Notes: a model not told the origin generated them from the sequence alone. A stretch of DNA of 64,000 nucleotides from Eledone cirrhosa (GCA_964016885.1 OZ024743.1:40052001-40116000), one strand, 5' to 3'; counted from the stretch's first letter, positions 1 to 13,962 are shown. Numbers and translations are program-made.

Positions 1-594
1 ATGAAACAGGATAACAATTCCTCTTTCTTTGTCAATCACATATGGCCTGAAACAAAGAGTAGATGATCAGGACAATTCGAATAGAACTCATGAAGGTTTG
101 ATAAATGAGGTTTTAAGATACATGATGTTTGTTCAAAAGAACTACATACCTCTCGTTTCATTTGTAATCACACAAACAAGTGTATCATTGAAATAAGCTA
201 CAGGCAGACGTGACGACACACTGAGTATATGACGAAAAGGCGTCTTTTCTTGTTCAATTACTGCCCATCTGACTGTATTTCACTGTTTCCTTTTACGATA
301 TTGTCGCCATGGCCATGAAATAATGTTAAACGCATACATTATTATATAAATGTGCAATGCACAAGGGATAATGTTGTATACACAACATTTCTATACATGG
401 AAATATGCCTGTCATGAGAAATATATTTTGTTTCTGTCATGGAGTGTCATGAGTCTTTTCAGAAGATCAGAATTTGGTGTGATGGTATGATGCATCCTCA
501 AAGTTTCGTCATGTCCGGAATTCATGCAAGCGGGTGCACTCCACTAAATTTTATTTAAAGGAGCTTTATGGACTGGTAAATTGCGTAACGGTGG

Positions 595-852
595 GCTGAG
601 GAGGCCAAACTCTTCAAATGCCGGTCGCTCTCCGACAGGTTTTCGGTTGTACCCTTGGCAGTGGAGACATCTGGTGTCTTCGGCCCTAGGACTACCTCCC
701 TACTCTCCATCATAGGCGCTGAGCTGGCAAGCCGCAGGTGTGAGCCTAGCGAGCAGGAATGGCTTTTCCAGCGCGTCTCCCTTGCCGTCCTCCGAAGAAA
801 CGCCTTCTCATTCTGTACACCGGGGCTGTGGGGAGGCCACCAATATGATTGA
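595..852 (+). mobile_element. 3' fragment of a CRE-clade non-LTR retrotransposon (C-terminal restriction-like endonuclease region)
   Basis: In-frame translation AEEAKLFKCRSLSDRFSVVPLAVETSGVFGP...WLFQRVSLAVLRRNA matches the CRE/Cnl1-type C-terminal pattern AE..K..KY..L...F.P.AVET.G..G...LFQR.S.A..R.NA. It is a GC-richer island in AT-rich DNA. Confidence 0.75.
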
Positions 853-3529
853 CTGACTTGTCAGATGTTCTATTAACATTATAGACGACAGATGTAACTG
901 AAAATATATAGTAATCATGCCCATTATACAATGTTACATATTGAGGTATATTCTAGTTTATTTGAATAAATGTTTGTTGACATCGAATGGCGTGTACGTA
1001 TATAGCTAATAGCAACCAGATCTTAAGTATGTATAGCCTGTATAGTTAAATAAAATGGCAAAGTCGGAATTTGATCTCTGTATTGGGTTGGAATGATGAA
1101 GAAACTTCTCGGTCCCACAGCATACCGCATCACCGTTCTTGTTAGATAGTCTAGTGCTCAGGACAAGACGTCCGTTTATAAATTATTTCCGATGAAAATG
1201 ACCTTTACCAACTTCATAGAATGCCATTTAGCATATCTCAGAGGAAATATATTTCATTTCAATTGTAATCTGAAAGGCGGATGAGAAGATTAGTAAGATA
1301 TACAAACAGGAGAATTTCCGCAGAGTTACATCATCATATGTACCCATTGTTTTAAGCTAAAACTTTCTCAACGTTGAATCTATTTCGAATAGTGAGCTCG
1401 CCGTACAACAGAGCATTTAAATATGCTTTCCTACACGGTACCTAATTATTGTCTTACAACATATTACCTAATTCATTTTCACTACGCAGGAACTAACTTT
1501 ATTTTATTAAAGAATGCATACTTTTATTTGACTTTATACTACACGATTTGTTTTACTACACATAATCTATATTGGTTTTACTGCATAGTGTATATCTTTT
1601 CTTACACAATACGTAGAATATTTCTACTATACACTACGTAATCTCGACGTACTGCCCAATAACTAAGTTCAAATATTTCCCTTTTGTTACATTTGTGTTA
1701 ACCTTTATCCTTCCATTTCCATATCCATAAAAAGATAAAGAAAATTATGCATGAGTGGTGAAAGTAAATATGTGTAAAAATGGTTAATTTAAAATTCAAA
1801 TTGAATTTAAAATAGAGACGACGTTGAATATATTAGCTAACAATTAAATATCGCATACGTTATGTAGAAAATGATTTAAACATTCTAATTTAAAATACAC
1901 ATTAGGGAGATATATATATAAAAATACAGAAAATATAAATGTTAAAATAAAAAAAAAAATTATAATTAGGTGGAAAACAATGGAGACAATTTTATTGATT
2001 TAGGAATGGTAGAGGGGAACATATTAATTTGACACCGGGAAAAGTATGCAAATATAAAGATAACAACAATACGAACATTAACATTTTTTTTAATTTATTA
2101 CAGCAATATGAAAATGAGTGCAATTAATAAACGATATTATATATATCAATAATATTAATAATTAATTTTAAAATTGTTTGGAAGTTAGTGAATCTAATTT
2201 ATCAGGTAGAGAACCTATAAAGTTCAACGTTACAACATAAACAATACCAACAATAGCACCACGTTAGGCACACCATCGATGTTCTATAATGATTCTCTAT
2301 GAAATTTCAGTAGGTAAAATACCTGAAATTTGACAAAATGATGTAAATTTTACAATACATTACAAAATTATTTTACACGTTTAGTCTTTATTGTCTACTT
2401 AATTTATATTGTGTTTACTAATTTATTTAGTTATTATTTTTTTACTTACTTAATTATGAAAAAAGTGATTATGTTTTGGAAGTCACTACAATGCATGTGG
2501 GTTTGTACATATTAAGTCAACAAAATTGAGGTAACAAAATATGGGACTTGAGAAGTGGCAGAAAAAGAAAATGTAATATAACAGAGATAAGGTTGCTTTA
2601 CCGCTATCATTCTTCACACCATTTGTTTCCCTTAATATTTACAACACCACTCACATTGTAACGCCTCCCAAGACAAACACATTTCATATCCCACTATCTT
2701 CAGGCAAACCTCAACACAACATTAATTATTTTTGTACTTGCCTGATCAATTACTTCCATACTTTCGACATACTTATACCAACGAGGTTTCTGCTGCAACC
2801 ATATATTTTCTAGGAAAGGGAGATAAGCATTCTATACAACGTTGATGTTTCTAACAAGGTTAAACCATGTAATAACCGTGACCGCTTCCATTTGTTTCAG
2901 TAATATAATAATAATGGTGTAGAATTAACATTAATAGTCTTTCAACCAATTGGGTTAAACCTTCACCTCAAGTCTCCCTCTGGATTTTGCCATGGATACA
3001 GAAACAGAGATAAATTTTATTGTCGTAGATTACAGAAAAAAAAATTATAACGGTGAATAAACCTCTATAGTTGTGTTATTCCGTTATTCAATGAAGAATA
3101 GAACATATATATGTTCACAATATAAAGTATGCTAGCATTAATGACCACTTTAATTGTCAAAAATCAATAAGAAACACGATGATCTTCGGATCAAATGGGT
3201 TAAATAATATTTCCGAAGATCATGAAATGTCTCATCAAAAACATACCACCAAAACATAGATCAGTACCGCCACTTCCTAACAGATTAAACGACAGACTCG
3301 AATTCTATTTCCCAGTGTAGTGTGGACAAACGAGATTTCTATAAAGAAATACCACAAGCGAGATTTCTATAAAGAAATATTCCATTATTGAAATGTGAAT
3401 GTCTAGAACCATTTCTGTATATGAATTCATCTACTTATATGTATGCTTGTATGCATTTACATATGTGTATATGTACATATATACATTCATATTTATACAA
3501 TCTATATAAACACCTATACACACACGTGC

Positions 3530-3667
<138 letters not shown>

Positions 3668-5539
3668 CTTTTCTTTTTATTTGCCACCAGGGCATCAAAA
3701 AGTGGGACAAGTACAATGGGGGGAGTTTACATAACAAGGCGTCCTCATTAAAGAGGAGGCAATAACAAAATATAAAAATAAAATGAAATATAGATAGATA
3801 GATAGATAGATAGATATGTATGTGGTGGCTTGTATGTCTATAAATTAATCTATTGTCCAAAGACATTATTATGAGACTTCTACTTGAACGAGTGAACATA
3901 AATACTAGATCAGATGTGTACTATCAATTCTAGACATACACTAAATTCGTATCAATTGTAATGATACTGAAGCATATTTCAATATCTGGTTCCAGGTTTT
4001 GCTGCCATTTGAAGTGGTATCGCCTAATTGGGTTGCGGAAGAATATAGTTGAATATCTCATGTTGGAGCTATTTACTGTTGTTCAAATAATTAATGTGTT
4101 CATTCATTTTATTTTTACTAGAACGTCGTTTGTCTTTCATCATCACTAAAATCCTTTCACAACTGTATAAATGCTTCGTAACAAACTGACGATATCTGTT
4201 TCAGGTTACATTATTTCCAGCTTTGATATTGATACTATCCGATATCGAAGTATTAATTTCCTTTCAGTGTTAATGTGGCCGATGCTGTGTCGTTTCATTA
4301 GTAACTAGTAATGATGTGGTTTCCATAACTGAGTTAAATCGAATAACATTTCCTTTCACATTCAGATGTTCATTGCACATTAAATTCTAAATTATCAGGC
4401 CTGTAATGTATTTATAGGGAAATCTCACCATATTAGTGTGCATTGCCCACGTATGTCATTGTTAAATAAATCTTCTCAAAAACATCTTTATCATATATTT
4501 CGCTTCAAATATTTTCCTTAATGGGATATTTTAATGTTCATTTTATGTATATCAGCATAAGTTATTTAAGTATTATACAACCATAAATTCAATAATTATA
4601 TTTTATATTGAACATTTTTTTTATTTTTTTTTTAGTCTGATAAATCACTGGTAAACTGTAGCCTCCATTTTTACTATTTTCAATAATTATTTTATAGTTT
4701 TATGTACATTATGGATCGTATATCCACAATCAGTATTTTCCAGCATAGTATATAGATGACTTTCACTCCGACTGATAGCGTTACAATTCGTATTTTACAT
4801 ACAATATTGTTGTGAACGCCAAATTTCATTTTCCTCTGTGTTTACAATTGCAGTATTTTACAACGGAGAATAATATACAGGTCATACAAATGGAAAAAAG
4901 GTGACAAAATCGAAAGTATGATAGTTCACAAAAACCGTATTATGGGTTTGTGTATGATATCTGTTGTACCATTTAAAAAAGAAAAAAGATATTTGAATTA
5001 GTGTAATGTTCATGATAATCTAAAATTGTCGCTGATTGCAACTAAGCGTTTGAACATGCTCGATAGATGTACATACATTCATACATACATATATATACAT
5101 ATATATATAAACGGTTTGAGCTCAGCCGTCGGGGTCTTACTGGCTCCTATATATATATATATATATATATTACATTTTACACACACACATATATATATAT
5201 ATATTTAATATGGAAAGGATTCCACAGGATTAGAACTGTTTCATTCCCGAATTAAACAGTTCTAGTCCTGTAGAAGACTATCTATAATATATATTTATAC
5301 TCAGCTTTGTATTCAGGACCTTACTTGCTGTGGTTATCCCTGTTTTAATCCGGGATAAGCTTATCTCTCTATATATATATATATAGTAATAATAGGAAAT
5401 TTGAAGACTAAAATCCAAAGAGGGCTGAGATAAGGATAACATTTTCGAAATATTTACTTCTGCGTACAGAGATAGATTTTTTTAGTTTCAGAAAGGGTGA
5501 AAGCAGCGATTTATGCTTAAACTTTAATCTGTTTTTTTA

Positions 5540-5542
<3 letters not shown>

Positions 5543-5615
<73 letters not shown>

Positions 5616-5651
5616 ATATATATATATATAATATATATATATATAATATAT

Positions 5652-5683
<32 letters not shown>

Positions 5684-5712
5684 ATATATATATATATATA
5701 TAATATATATAT
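5543..5712. repeat. (TA)n microsatellite, left flank of the retrozyme-like element
   Basis: Directly visible. Confidence 0.95.
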
Positions 5713-5844
5713 AATTGAATGTGAGGTTTTTTTACAAAATGAAAAAAACCGCGGTGTCCTACACGAGTGAAAGTATAAGGAAAAAAGATGAAATCGAAAA
5801 TGCAACTGGCGTCTTTTTTTATAAAAAATATATATTTATTTCGT

Positions 5845-5887
5845 TCCTTTACCGGTTTCGCAGTTCTTCTGCTTTTGAAAAGTAGAA
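5845..5887 (-). ncRNA. Degenerate minimal type-I hammerhead ribozyme
   Basis: Minus strand reads ctactt-TTCAAAA-GCAG aagaa CTGC-GAAA-CCGG-TA-aagg. Stem II and the GAAA/palindromic stem III/UA site are intact; the CUGANGA core is degraded. Confidence 0.5.
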
Positions 5888-6101
5888 TTTCTTTTACCTT
5901 GTGTCATGAGATCGACGTTAACTTATGTTCCCATCCCTTTCTGTTTTCGTTTATCTGACCGGTAGTAGCATACTATAAACTTTAGCCACGTCACTCCAGG
6001 GCGACCGGCTGAGGTTGAAGGAACAGAATAGCGGTCGCCCTCGGGTCCTCAATTTTCAGACCCATGGATTTTATCTATTACATTCACGTATTATATTTCG
6101 A

Positions 6102-6159
6102 ATACCTGATGATATCACCGGATTCATACGGAACCCGGTCATTGAGATGATCATAGTAT
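6102..6159 (+). ncRNA. Type-I hammerhead ribozyme, copy 1 (GAAA>GAGA, probably inactive)
   Basis: atac-CTGATGA-tatcaccgg..ccggtcatt-GAGA-tgatca-TA-gtat. Confidence 0.7.
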
Positions 6160-6649
6160 AATAAATCTTTCAAGGATTTACACAAATCCAGCCTCCTGTC
6201 ATTTCATTATAATATTTAACTCCGTAATAGCACCACCAACTACAAAAACAAAGACGGTTGAACTGCTTTACGTTGAGTACTCTCTATATTATTGCATTAC
6301 GATTGACCATACGGAATAGACCAGCTCTATACAGTGGTGAACCTCAAACCTGAATAAATAATGCTCCTGAAATGTTGAGCACTTCAAAATGTAATAATGA
6401 ACAGCGGCATGGGACTGAATATATCTAACCACAATTAGAACTTTGGCTACTCGGTGTTTTCGCCTGGCCCATTGCTACTCCCCTCACAGAATATCGGAAC
6501 TTCGACGAAACTCCACGGACTAGACCATAACATGTATTGTACTGCACTGTATTAACTAAATCGCTACCCTATACTTCTGGGCATGTATAACTCACACTGA
6601 ATTCCCAGACTCGAACACACAGTGTTTCCACATCTATATGCATTATCTG

Positions 6650-7370
6650 ACTGCAACTTGAACTATATTGTATTTCTCCTGTGTCTTGAACTCTCCATTT
6701 AATAGACAACGACTCTTGTTTGTTTATTTATATCTTTACATCTTTATTTGCTGTATTAATGCTTCTCCACGTATTCTACCTCTATACATCCATGTACTTT
6801 CTACTTTCCTTATTCGGACTTTTACTCGCGTGTACCCTTAGCACACGTCACTGGAATATCTCCCCCTGGGAACATAAATACCGCAACCTGAACTATAGTG
6901 TATTTCTCCTATGTCTTGAACTCTACATTTACTAGACAACGACTATTGTTTGTTTATCTATATCTTCACATCTTTGTTTGCTGTATTAATGTCTTTCCAC
7001 GTACTCTACCTCTATACATCCATGTACTTTTTACTCCCCTTATTCGGACTTTTACTCGCGTGCACCCTTAGCACACGACACAGGATTGCCCCCCCCCCCC
7101 CCCACCGGGAACATAAATACTGCAACCTGAACTATATTGTAATTCTCCTATGTCTTGATTCTCCATCTTACCCCAACACCACACTTGTTGGTTTATTTAC
7201 ATGTTTATACCTATATATTGATATGTTTATATATTTATACCTCTGCTGTACCAATGTGCTCTTCCACGTATTCCACTTCTATGTATCCATGTATTTCTAC
7301 TCCTCACATTGGGACCTGTACCCATTAGCACACGACACTAGAATGTCTCCTCCTGAGAACAAAAATTAAA
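6650..7370 (+). repeat. Tandem repeat, ~230-240-bp unit, 3 diverged copies
   Basis: Units begin (c)tgcaac(t/c)tgaactata at ~6652, ~6881 and ~7120, and share ...cccttagcacacg.cac... Confidence 0.9.
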
Positions 7371-7616
7371 CATTACACGACTATATCCCGTACTCTACAT
7401 CCCACTAGGATAAATTACAGATCTACATAATACAATTAACGTTTCTTCATAAAAGACTCTATTTAATTAAACCCCGCAACCCAAATCCTCATAGAAGTTA
7501 TTTGAATGTTTAATCTTCAATTTTCTGTTTGTTCAATTCTCAATCTTCTTACTCCTTAGTTTTATAATGTTATTCTGAATTCTTTCAACTTCATCCGATA
7601 GAGTTAAGCAGAATTC

Positions 7617-8620
7617 TAAAGTTCCAACTTTCTGTCGCACCGTTGGGTGGGTTTTAGCGGCGGCGCGACCGGCTCCCTGGCGAACGAGCTCACCTGGAGT
7701 GCTTGGAAAAATAAATTTCCCCTTCTTTCGGTAAATGAAAAAACTCGGCGTGGCTTAGTTCGCCATGGGGCCCGGGGCGCGGCCGGTGTTTTAACCGCCA
7801 AATAGTACCTTTAAATTACAGAACAAATCGGAACTATTAGATATATCAACCTGAAACTGTTGAGCTTTAAATTTTCTAACCTCTTTAATATGGAATATTG
7901 ATTATTAATTTTTTAACTTCATCGTATAAGTCTAAACATTGTAACACACTGACCCCGAATATATTCACCTCTGCTAAGATGCGGGTCCCTGTGAAAATTT
8001 TGTCGCGCCACTCCTGGCCCGACTGTGGTGTGACATTAATATCGACCTTCCTCCCTCTCTCTTTCTATCTTCCTTCTTGTAGCTATCAACCATTACTCTT
8101 TTACTTCTCTAAGCAACATTTTAAAGTTCCAACTTTCTGTCGGACTGTTGGGTGGGTTTTAATGGCGGCGCGACCAGCTCCCTGGCGAACGAGCTCACCT
8201 GAGTGCTTGGAAAAATAAATTTCCCCTTCTTTCGGTAAATGAAAATACTCGGCGTGGCTTAATTCGCCATGGGGCCCGGGGCGCGGCCGGTGTTTTAACC
8301 GCCACATAGTACCTTTAAATTACAGAACAAATCGGAACTATTATATAATAAAAATATTAAACGGTTGAACATTAAATTTTCTAACCTCTTTAATATTGAA
8401 TATTGATTATTAATTTGTTTAACTTCATCCTAGAAGTCTAAATACTGCAACACGCTGACTCACAAGATATTCACCTCTGCTAAGATGCGGGTCCCTGTAA
8501 AATTTTCTCGCGCCAATCCTGGCTTGACTGTGGTCTGAGATTAATATCGACCTTTCTTCCTCTTTCTTTCTATCTTCCTTCTTGTAGCCATCAACCATTA
8601 CTTTTCTGCTTCTCTCTTCT
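7617..8620 (+). repeat. Tandem duplication, ~505-bp unit x2, each with a GC-rich long hairpin
   Basis: taaagttccaactttctgtcg at 7617 and 8122, with colinear sequence to ~8110 and ~8615. Confidence 0.9.
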
Positions 8621-8985
8621 CTTCCTGTCTTCCTCCCGCAGACTTATCTTCCTTCCCCCTCTTGCTTGCCTATATCTGACCGGTAGTAGTTGCCTTTCTT
8701 CTTTTAGCTGACATTAACCCTGGCTTCTCTTCTTCTTTCTTCCCCCTTCTTCTCTCTCCTTCCTTTCTTTCTTTGTTTTACCTTGTGTCATGAGATCGAC
8801 GTTAACTTATGTTCCCATCCCTTTCTGTTTTCGTTTATCTGACCTGTAGTAGCATACTATAAAATTTAGCCACGTCACTCCAGGGCGACCGGCTGAGGTT
8901 GAAGGAACAGAATAGCGGTCGCCCTCGGGTCCTCGATTTTCAGACCCATGGATTTTATCTATTACATTCACGTATTATATTTCGA

Positions 8986-9043
8986 ATACCTGATGATATC
9001 ACCGGATTCATACGGAACCCGGTCATTGAAATGATCATAGTAT
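8986..9043 (+). ncRNA. Type-I hammerhead ribozyme, intact core (AUA cleavage site after 9039)
   Basis: Stem I atac/gtat; CTGATGA 8990-8996; stem II accgg/ccggt; GAAA 9028-9031; palindromic stem III tgatca; UA. Confidence 0.85.
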
Positions 9044-9237
9044 AATAAACGTTTCAAGGATTTACACAAATCCAGCCTACTGTCATTTCATTATAATATT
9101 TAACTCCGTAATAGCACCACCAACTACAAAAACAAAGACGGTTGAACTGCTTTACGTTGAGTACTCTCTATATTATTGCATTACGATTGACCATACGGAA
9201 TAGACCAGCTCTATACTGTGGTGAACCTCAAACCTGA

Positions 9238-9617
<380 letters not shown>

Positions 9618-9794
9618 TTCAAGAGTAACCAATCTTAAAGAGAGGGATTGAGATAGTAGAGGAGATATGAGAGGAAAGATTGGTGAGTTAGTTAGAAGCC
9701 AAAGCGTAAAGGCATGTGCTCAATGTGCAATATGAAACGGGCATTATTATTATTAATATTATTATTATTGTTATGAGTATGTGTCTGTAAATTA

Positions 9795-10072
9795 AAGGTG
9801 GAAAACTGGGAGAGGGCACTTGCCCTGGTGGTCAGGGACACTGTGGTCTTTTAATGGGCTTTCTCCACAAATGTCCCTCGGAAGTCTCCCCCCTATTGGG
9901 GAATTTTTCTTTGTTATTTTATTTCAACCTCTGTTTTTTTTACACGCAGAAATGCCCTTTTGTACCGTCCTGTATTGTCCTGTACTGTCCTTAATGTCTA
10001 CTTTATGTAAACCCTTGTGGTTAATAAAGAAAACATTATTATTATTATTATTAATATTATTATTATTATTAT
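9795..10072 (+). mobile_element. 5'-truncated copy of the Tx1-type LINE (3' UTR only) ending in (ATT)n
   Basis: Reverse complement of 20690-20950 (aaaggtggaaaactgggagagggcacttgcc...aaacccttgtggttaataaagaaa), followed by (ATT)n. Confidence 0.9.
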
Positions 10073-10169
10073 TCTGTACATTCCTTACATCAAACTAAAT
10101 ATGTTGACAATCTTTTAATAATGTCTTCCTTGTGAAATTTGTGGTTTTGTTTTGCTTAACTAATGAATA

Positions 10170-10235
<66 letters not shown>

Positions 10236-10377
10236 GCGGGGGTGCGTGCGTCTGTGTGTGTGTGTGTGTGTGTGTGAACAGAGAGAGAGGTTGGGGGAGA
10301 GAAAGAGAGAAAGAGACAGATGGACAGACAGGGAAAGAGTGTGATACACTCTCACACACACACATATATATATATAT

Positions 10378-12778
10378 TTATTAAAATAACAGATTAAAGT
10401 GTAAGCAAAGAATCGCTGCTTTCACCCTTAACGGGATCTTCTGAAACTAACAAAGTCAATCTGTAAACGCAGAACTGGATATTTCAAAAAACGTTGCAAC
10501 CGGAGGAAGACAGGAAGACGATACTTTGGTTCGTGGTAACGTTCGCTGGCAAAGAACGGGAAAAAACGAATAATACGTCATTAATAGGAGCGGTGAAAAA
10601 CAATTACGCGTAAAGACAAAACCACGTTTATGGTATAAAAGAGGTCGTAGACTAATGTTCTCTTAGGTGGTGCATAGAGACGTTCTCTGGCAATGAATGA
10701 AAAAACAAAGATAATAAGTCATATGTGGAGCGTGGAGAACAATAGCACGCAAAGACAAAACCACATAAATGGTATAGCAGAAATCGTAGACTAAATTCTA
10801 ATTAGGAGACCAAATGAATCTCCGCTACAGAGTTAAGAACAAAGTAAATAAATACAATACAGAAGTAATAGAAACAAATAAATACATACACGCAAACAGA
10901 TACGTACATACACAAGCATACGCAAAACCTTACCATGGGTATACAAAACCACGCACATATAAATATGTGTGTGTGTGTGTATTCTTGTGTACAAATAATA
11001 AATAATTATATAAACGTATATAAGTAAATAAATACGTATATAACAAGCGCACACGCATACCTACATATAAATACACGAATGTTCGGAGACGTGAGTCAAC
11101 TAAAACAAGTACACATATACACACACCCACCATACGTACGAACCTGCACACTCACGCGGACGCAAAACTCCCGTGTACGCATAGCCAAACCCTAAATACC
11201 AGAATATGTAAAAATGATATGCTATAACAGTCAAATATACGTACGAGAAGGTATACATACCTTCACATCACATACGGGTAATATATACTTACCTATGCAA
11301 ATAAGTAAAGGAATAAACAAAACATATACTTAGCTCCCACATAAAGACGTAAATATCCACGTATAGATCGTGATATCCGTTAGGGTATAACGTGGGTCTG
11401 TAATACAGGAAAGTTTTGTGCAATTTATGTTTACAGGCCGAAATTGCATCAGATTTTTTGTTTAAGATGTGGTCTGTAGCGTGGAGAATTTCCAGAGCCT
11501 CAGCGGCGCAGAGGTCACATGGTCTTTTATTTCCGTTATACGATCTAGCCCTAGCTAGGATCTCCCAGTGTAACTTATATTGGGTGTGGTTGTCTTTTAA
11601 ACTCCAGATATAAGCTGAAAGTGACGTCATATTCCTTCTTAGAGGGTAACGAAAAGAATGGGTATGCATGTAAAGACGCTGCTTGAAACTATTGGCGGTT
11701 AACCCTATGTAGGCCCTACGGGACGTGGGTGTTACAACCTTACATTTGTAGACAATGTTACTAGAGAGGCATTTCCCGGATAGGGGGCAATCAGCCCGAT
11801 TCCTACAATTACAGTTAGTACTAACTACAGGGTTGCACGTGTTCCTACGGCTAGGTAGTTTAGCTAAATTTGAAGCTGTGATGTTATGTGCAAGGTTAGG
11901 AGTTGTAGAGTAAGAAATGTTAATAGTATTTCTATTAAAAATGTTACTATATTTATGTGTAGGGGAAAATGCTTCGTAATAAGGGAAAGAAAGTTCTTAG
12001 CTAATGGTGTGGCCACCTCCATATTATATGGTGGGTTAAACCAACAAATGCGACTGGATCTATTTCTTCTAGGTCTATATTCGTACTCTGTATATGCTAC
12101 CTTATCGACAAATCCACTTCGAGCAAGCGCTTCATTGTAATAAGTGGAATGGTCGTTGAAAATGCGCTCGTTGGTGGAAAGACGGGAAAGCCTCAACGAA
12201 ACGTTTCTTACCAGGTTCTTGGTTATGCTGGCAGGAGGGTTGGAATGCTTACTTATGTAATTAAGCGTATCATTCGGCTTTCTATACGGGTAATACAAGC
12301 CATTCAATAAATTGAGGGTAACGTCGAGGTAATTAACGACCGAGAGATTGGCCTCAACCTGTATAGAGAGGTTGAAGCCTTTAAAGAAGGCTGTGAGTTC
12401 TTTTCTGAACCTGTCGCAAGCACGAGATCCGCACTTAGTCATGGTCAAAAGACCATCGTGACGGTACAAACCACCGCCCGCGTTGGGGAATTCGTCCTTG
12501 ATAGAGAAAAGAAGGAAAAGGCCAATAAGATCAGTAACCTCCGCAGAGTCACTGGCGCCCATACTCACGGCGAATGGGGTACTATTGGATTTTTTAATCC
12601 AAATAGAGTCGTCGAAATTAATCACCGACTTTCGCGCATTAAGGATGACATCAACTCAAATATATATATATATATATATATATAGTAATAATAAAACATG
12701 TGAAGACTAACATCCAAAGAAGATCCCGTTAAGGGTGAAATCACCGATTCTTTGTTTAAACTTTAATCTGTTATTTTA

Positions 12779-12785
<7 letters not shown>
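10378..12785 (-). mobile_element. 5'-truncated Penelope-like element (probably Naiad-type): RT + GIY-YIG pseudogene 11289-12650, with terminal repeat 10378-10500 and an inverted copy at 12715-12785
   Basis: RT motifs SMGASDSAEVTDLIGL, GLYRHDG, VNYLDVTLNL, SNPP and WFNPPY. After a frameshift: CNCRNRADCPLSGKCLSSNIVYKC..AYIGLTANSFKQRL..H..SF, then CDLC..E..CKH. Confidence 0.85.
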
Positions 12786-12842
<57 letters not shown>

Positions 12843-12898
12843 TCTGCTTTCTTTCCTTCCTCAATTGTGAGTTTCGCGGAACATGGTCAATTGACATA

Positions 12899-13079
12899 AT
12901 TGTTTCTACTAGTGGCACAAGGCTAGCAATTCACCAGTACATTACTGGTACTTTATTTTATCGACCCCGTAAGCATGAAAGGCAATCGGCGGGATTTGAA
13001 CTCACAATGGCAAGGGCAGTAACTCTATTCGTCAAAGCATGACGTCCTACCCTCTACCGATTCTGCCAATTCACCGCCC
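12899..13079 (-). mobile_element. tRNA-derived SINE with 15-bp target-site duplication
   Basis: Minus strand has A box TGGCAGAATCGG, B box GAGTTCAAATCC and the conserved gcctttcat..ggggtcgataaaataaagtaccag core. TSD tggtcaattgacata at 12884-12898 and 13080-13094. Confidence 0.9.
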
Positions 13080-13553
13080 TGGTCAATTGACATACTGCTC
13101 CTCCTATATGTTGCGCTATGGTCATGGTTCCCATTGAGAAAAACTTAACTAGAATGTGTTTTGAACCTTTGTCCGTTCATTACTAGATAGTTGGCTATGG
13201 ACCCAGGGTTAACCTGCTTTCACATGAATGCTGAAGCCTTTGGTTACTTGAACGTTCGTCAACAAGACAACCTACCATTAGCATCTACGACAGTTTTGTA
13301 ATCGATGAGATACTTCTCCTAGACATACTGCCGGGGCAGGGAACTGAGCCCTCACTTTCCGAAATTTTACACATAATTGGATGGCCGTTGATGCTACTGA
13401 GTTTCTGGACCCTTTAATTGGTTTTAATGCTCATCCTGCAGCTTTTCCAAGAATTACCCATCTCACCAAGAAATGTTAATGGGCTTCTGCGTTTCATCAC
13501 CGACGACTCGATTATGTAATATATTGTACTGAGTTACATGTTACGTGTAGCGT

Positions 13554-13636
<83 letters not shown>

Positions 13637-13675
13637 CGAGGTAGAGAGAGAGAGAGAGAGATAGAGAGAGAGTAT

Positions 13676-13803
13676 GACCCCAACGTCGAAACGGCTCGAG
13701 GTCAGCCGTCGGGGTCCTACTCGTTCCTATTACTCACTCTACTAAAGTATTGAGTACGTTAGTGCGTTATGGTCCATCTGGTACCTTACCGCATTCCTTC
13801 GTT
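13676..13803 (+). repeat. Dispersed repeat containing the 3' half of a hammerhead (other copies 5108-5150, 48531-48657)
   Basis: gtc-GAAA-cggct cgaggtc agccg-TC-ggggtc is shared by three loci, each adjacent to microsatellites. Confidence 0.75.
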
Positions 13804-13844
13804 ATATATATATATATAGTATATATATATATATATATATATAG

Positions 13845-13929
<85 letters not shown>

Positions 13930-13962
13930 ATATATATCTATATATAAATATATATATATACA

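Noticed and set aside
3179-3238. 12-bp perfect inverted repeat atgatcttcgga/tccgaagatcat followed by GAAA, resembling a hammerhead
   Set aside because: The core reads ACGATGA and overlaps the stem, and no stem I pairing is possible. Treated as an isolated hairpin.
3331-3379. 21-bp direct repeat cgagatttctataaagaaata x2
   Set aside because: A simple local duplication with only 7 bp between copies and no element inside.
6650-7370. Repeat array considered as CRISPR-like or as coding (hydrophobic ORFs 6720, 6950)
   Set aside because: The ~230-bp units are contiguous with no unique spacers, the context is eukaryotic, and the ORFs merely follow the T-rich repeat.
12980-13079. tRNA gene (A and B boxes)
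   Set aside because: It is the head of a SINE with TSDs and multiple copies, with no full cloverleaf.
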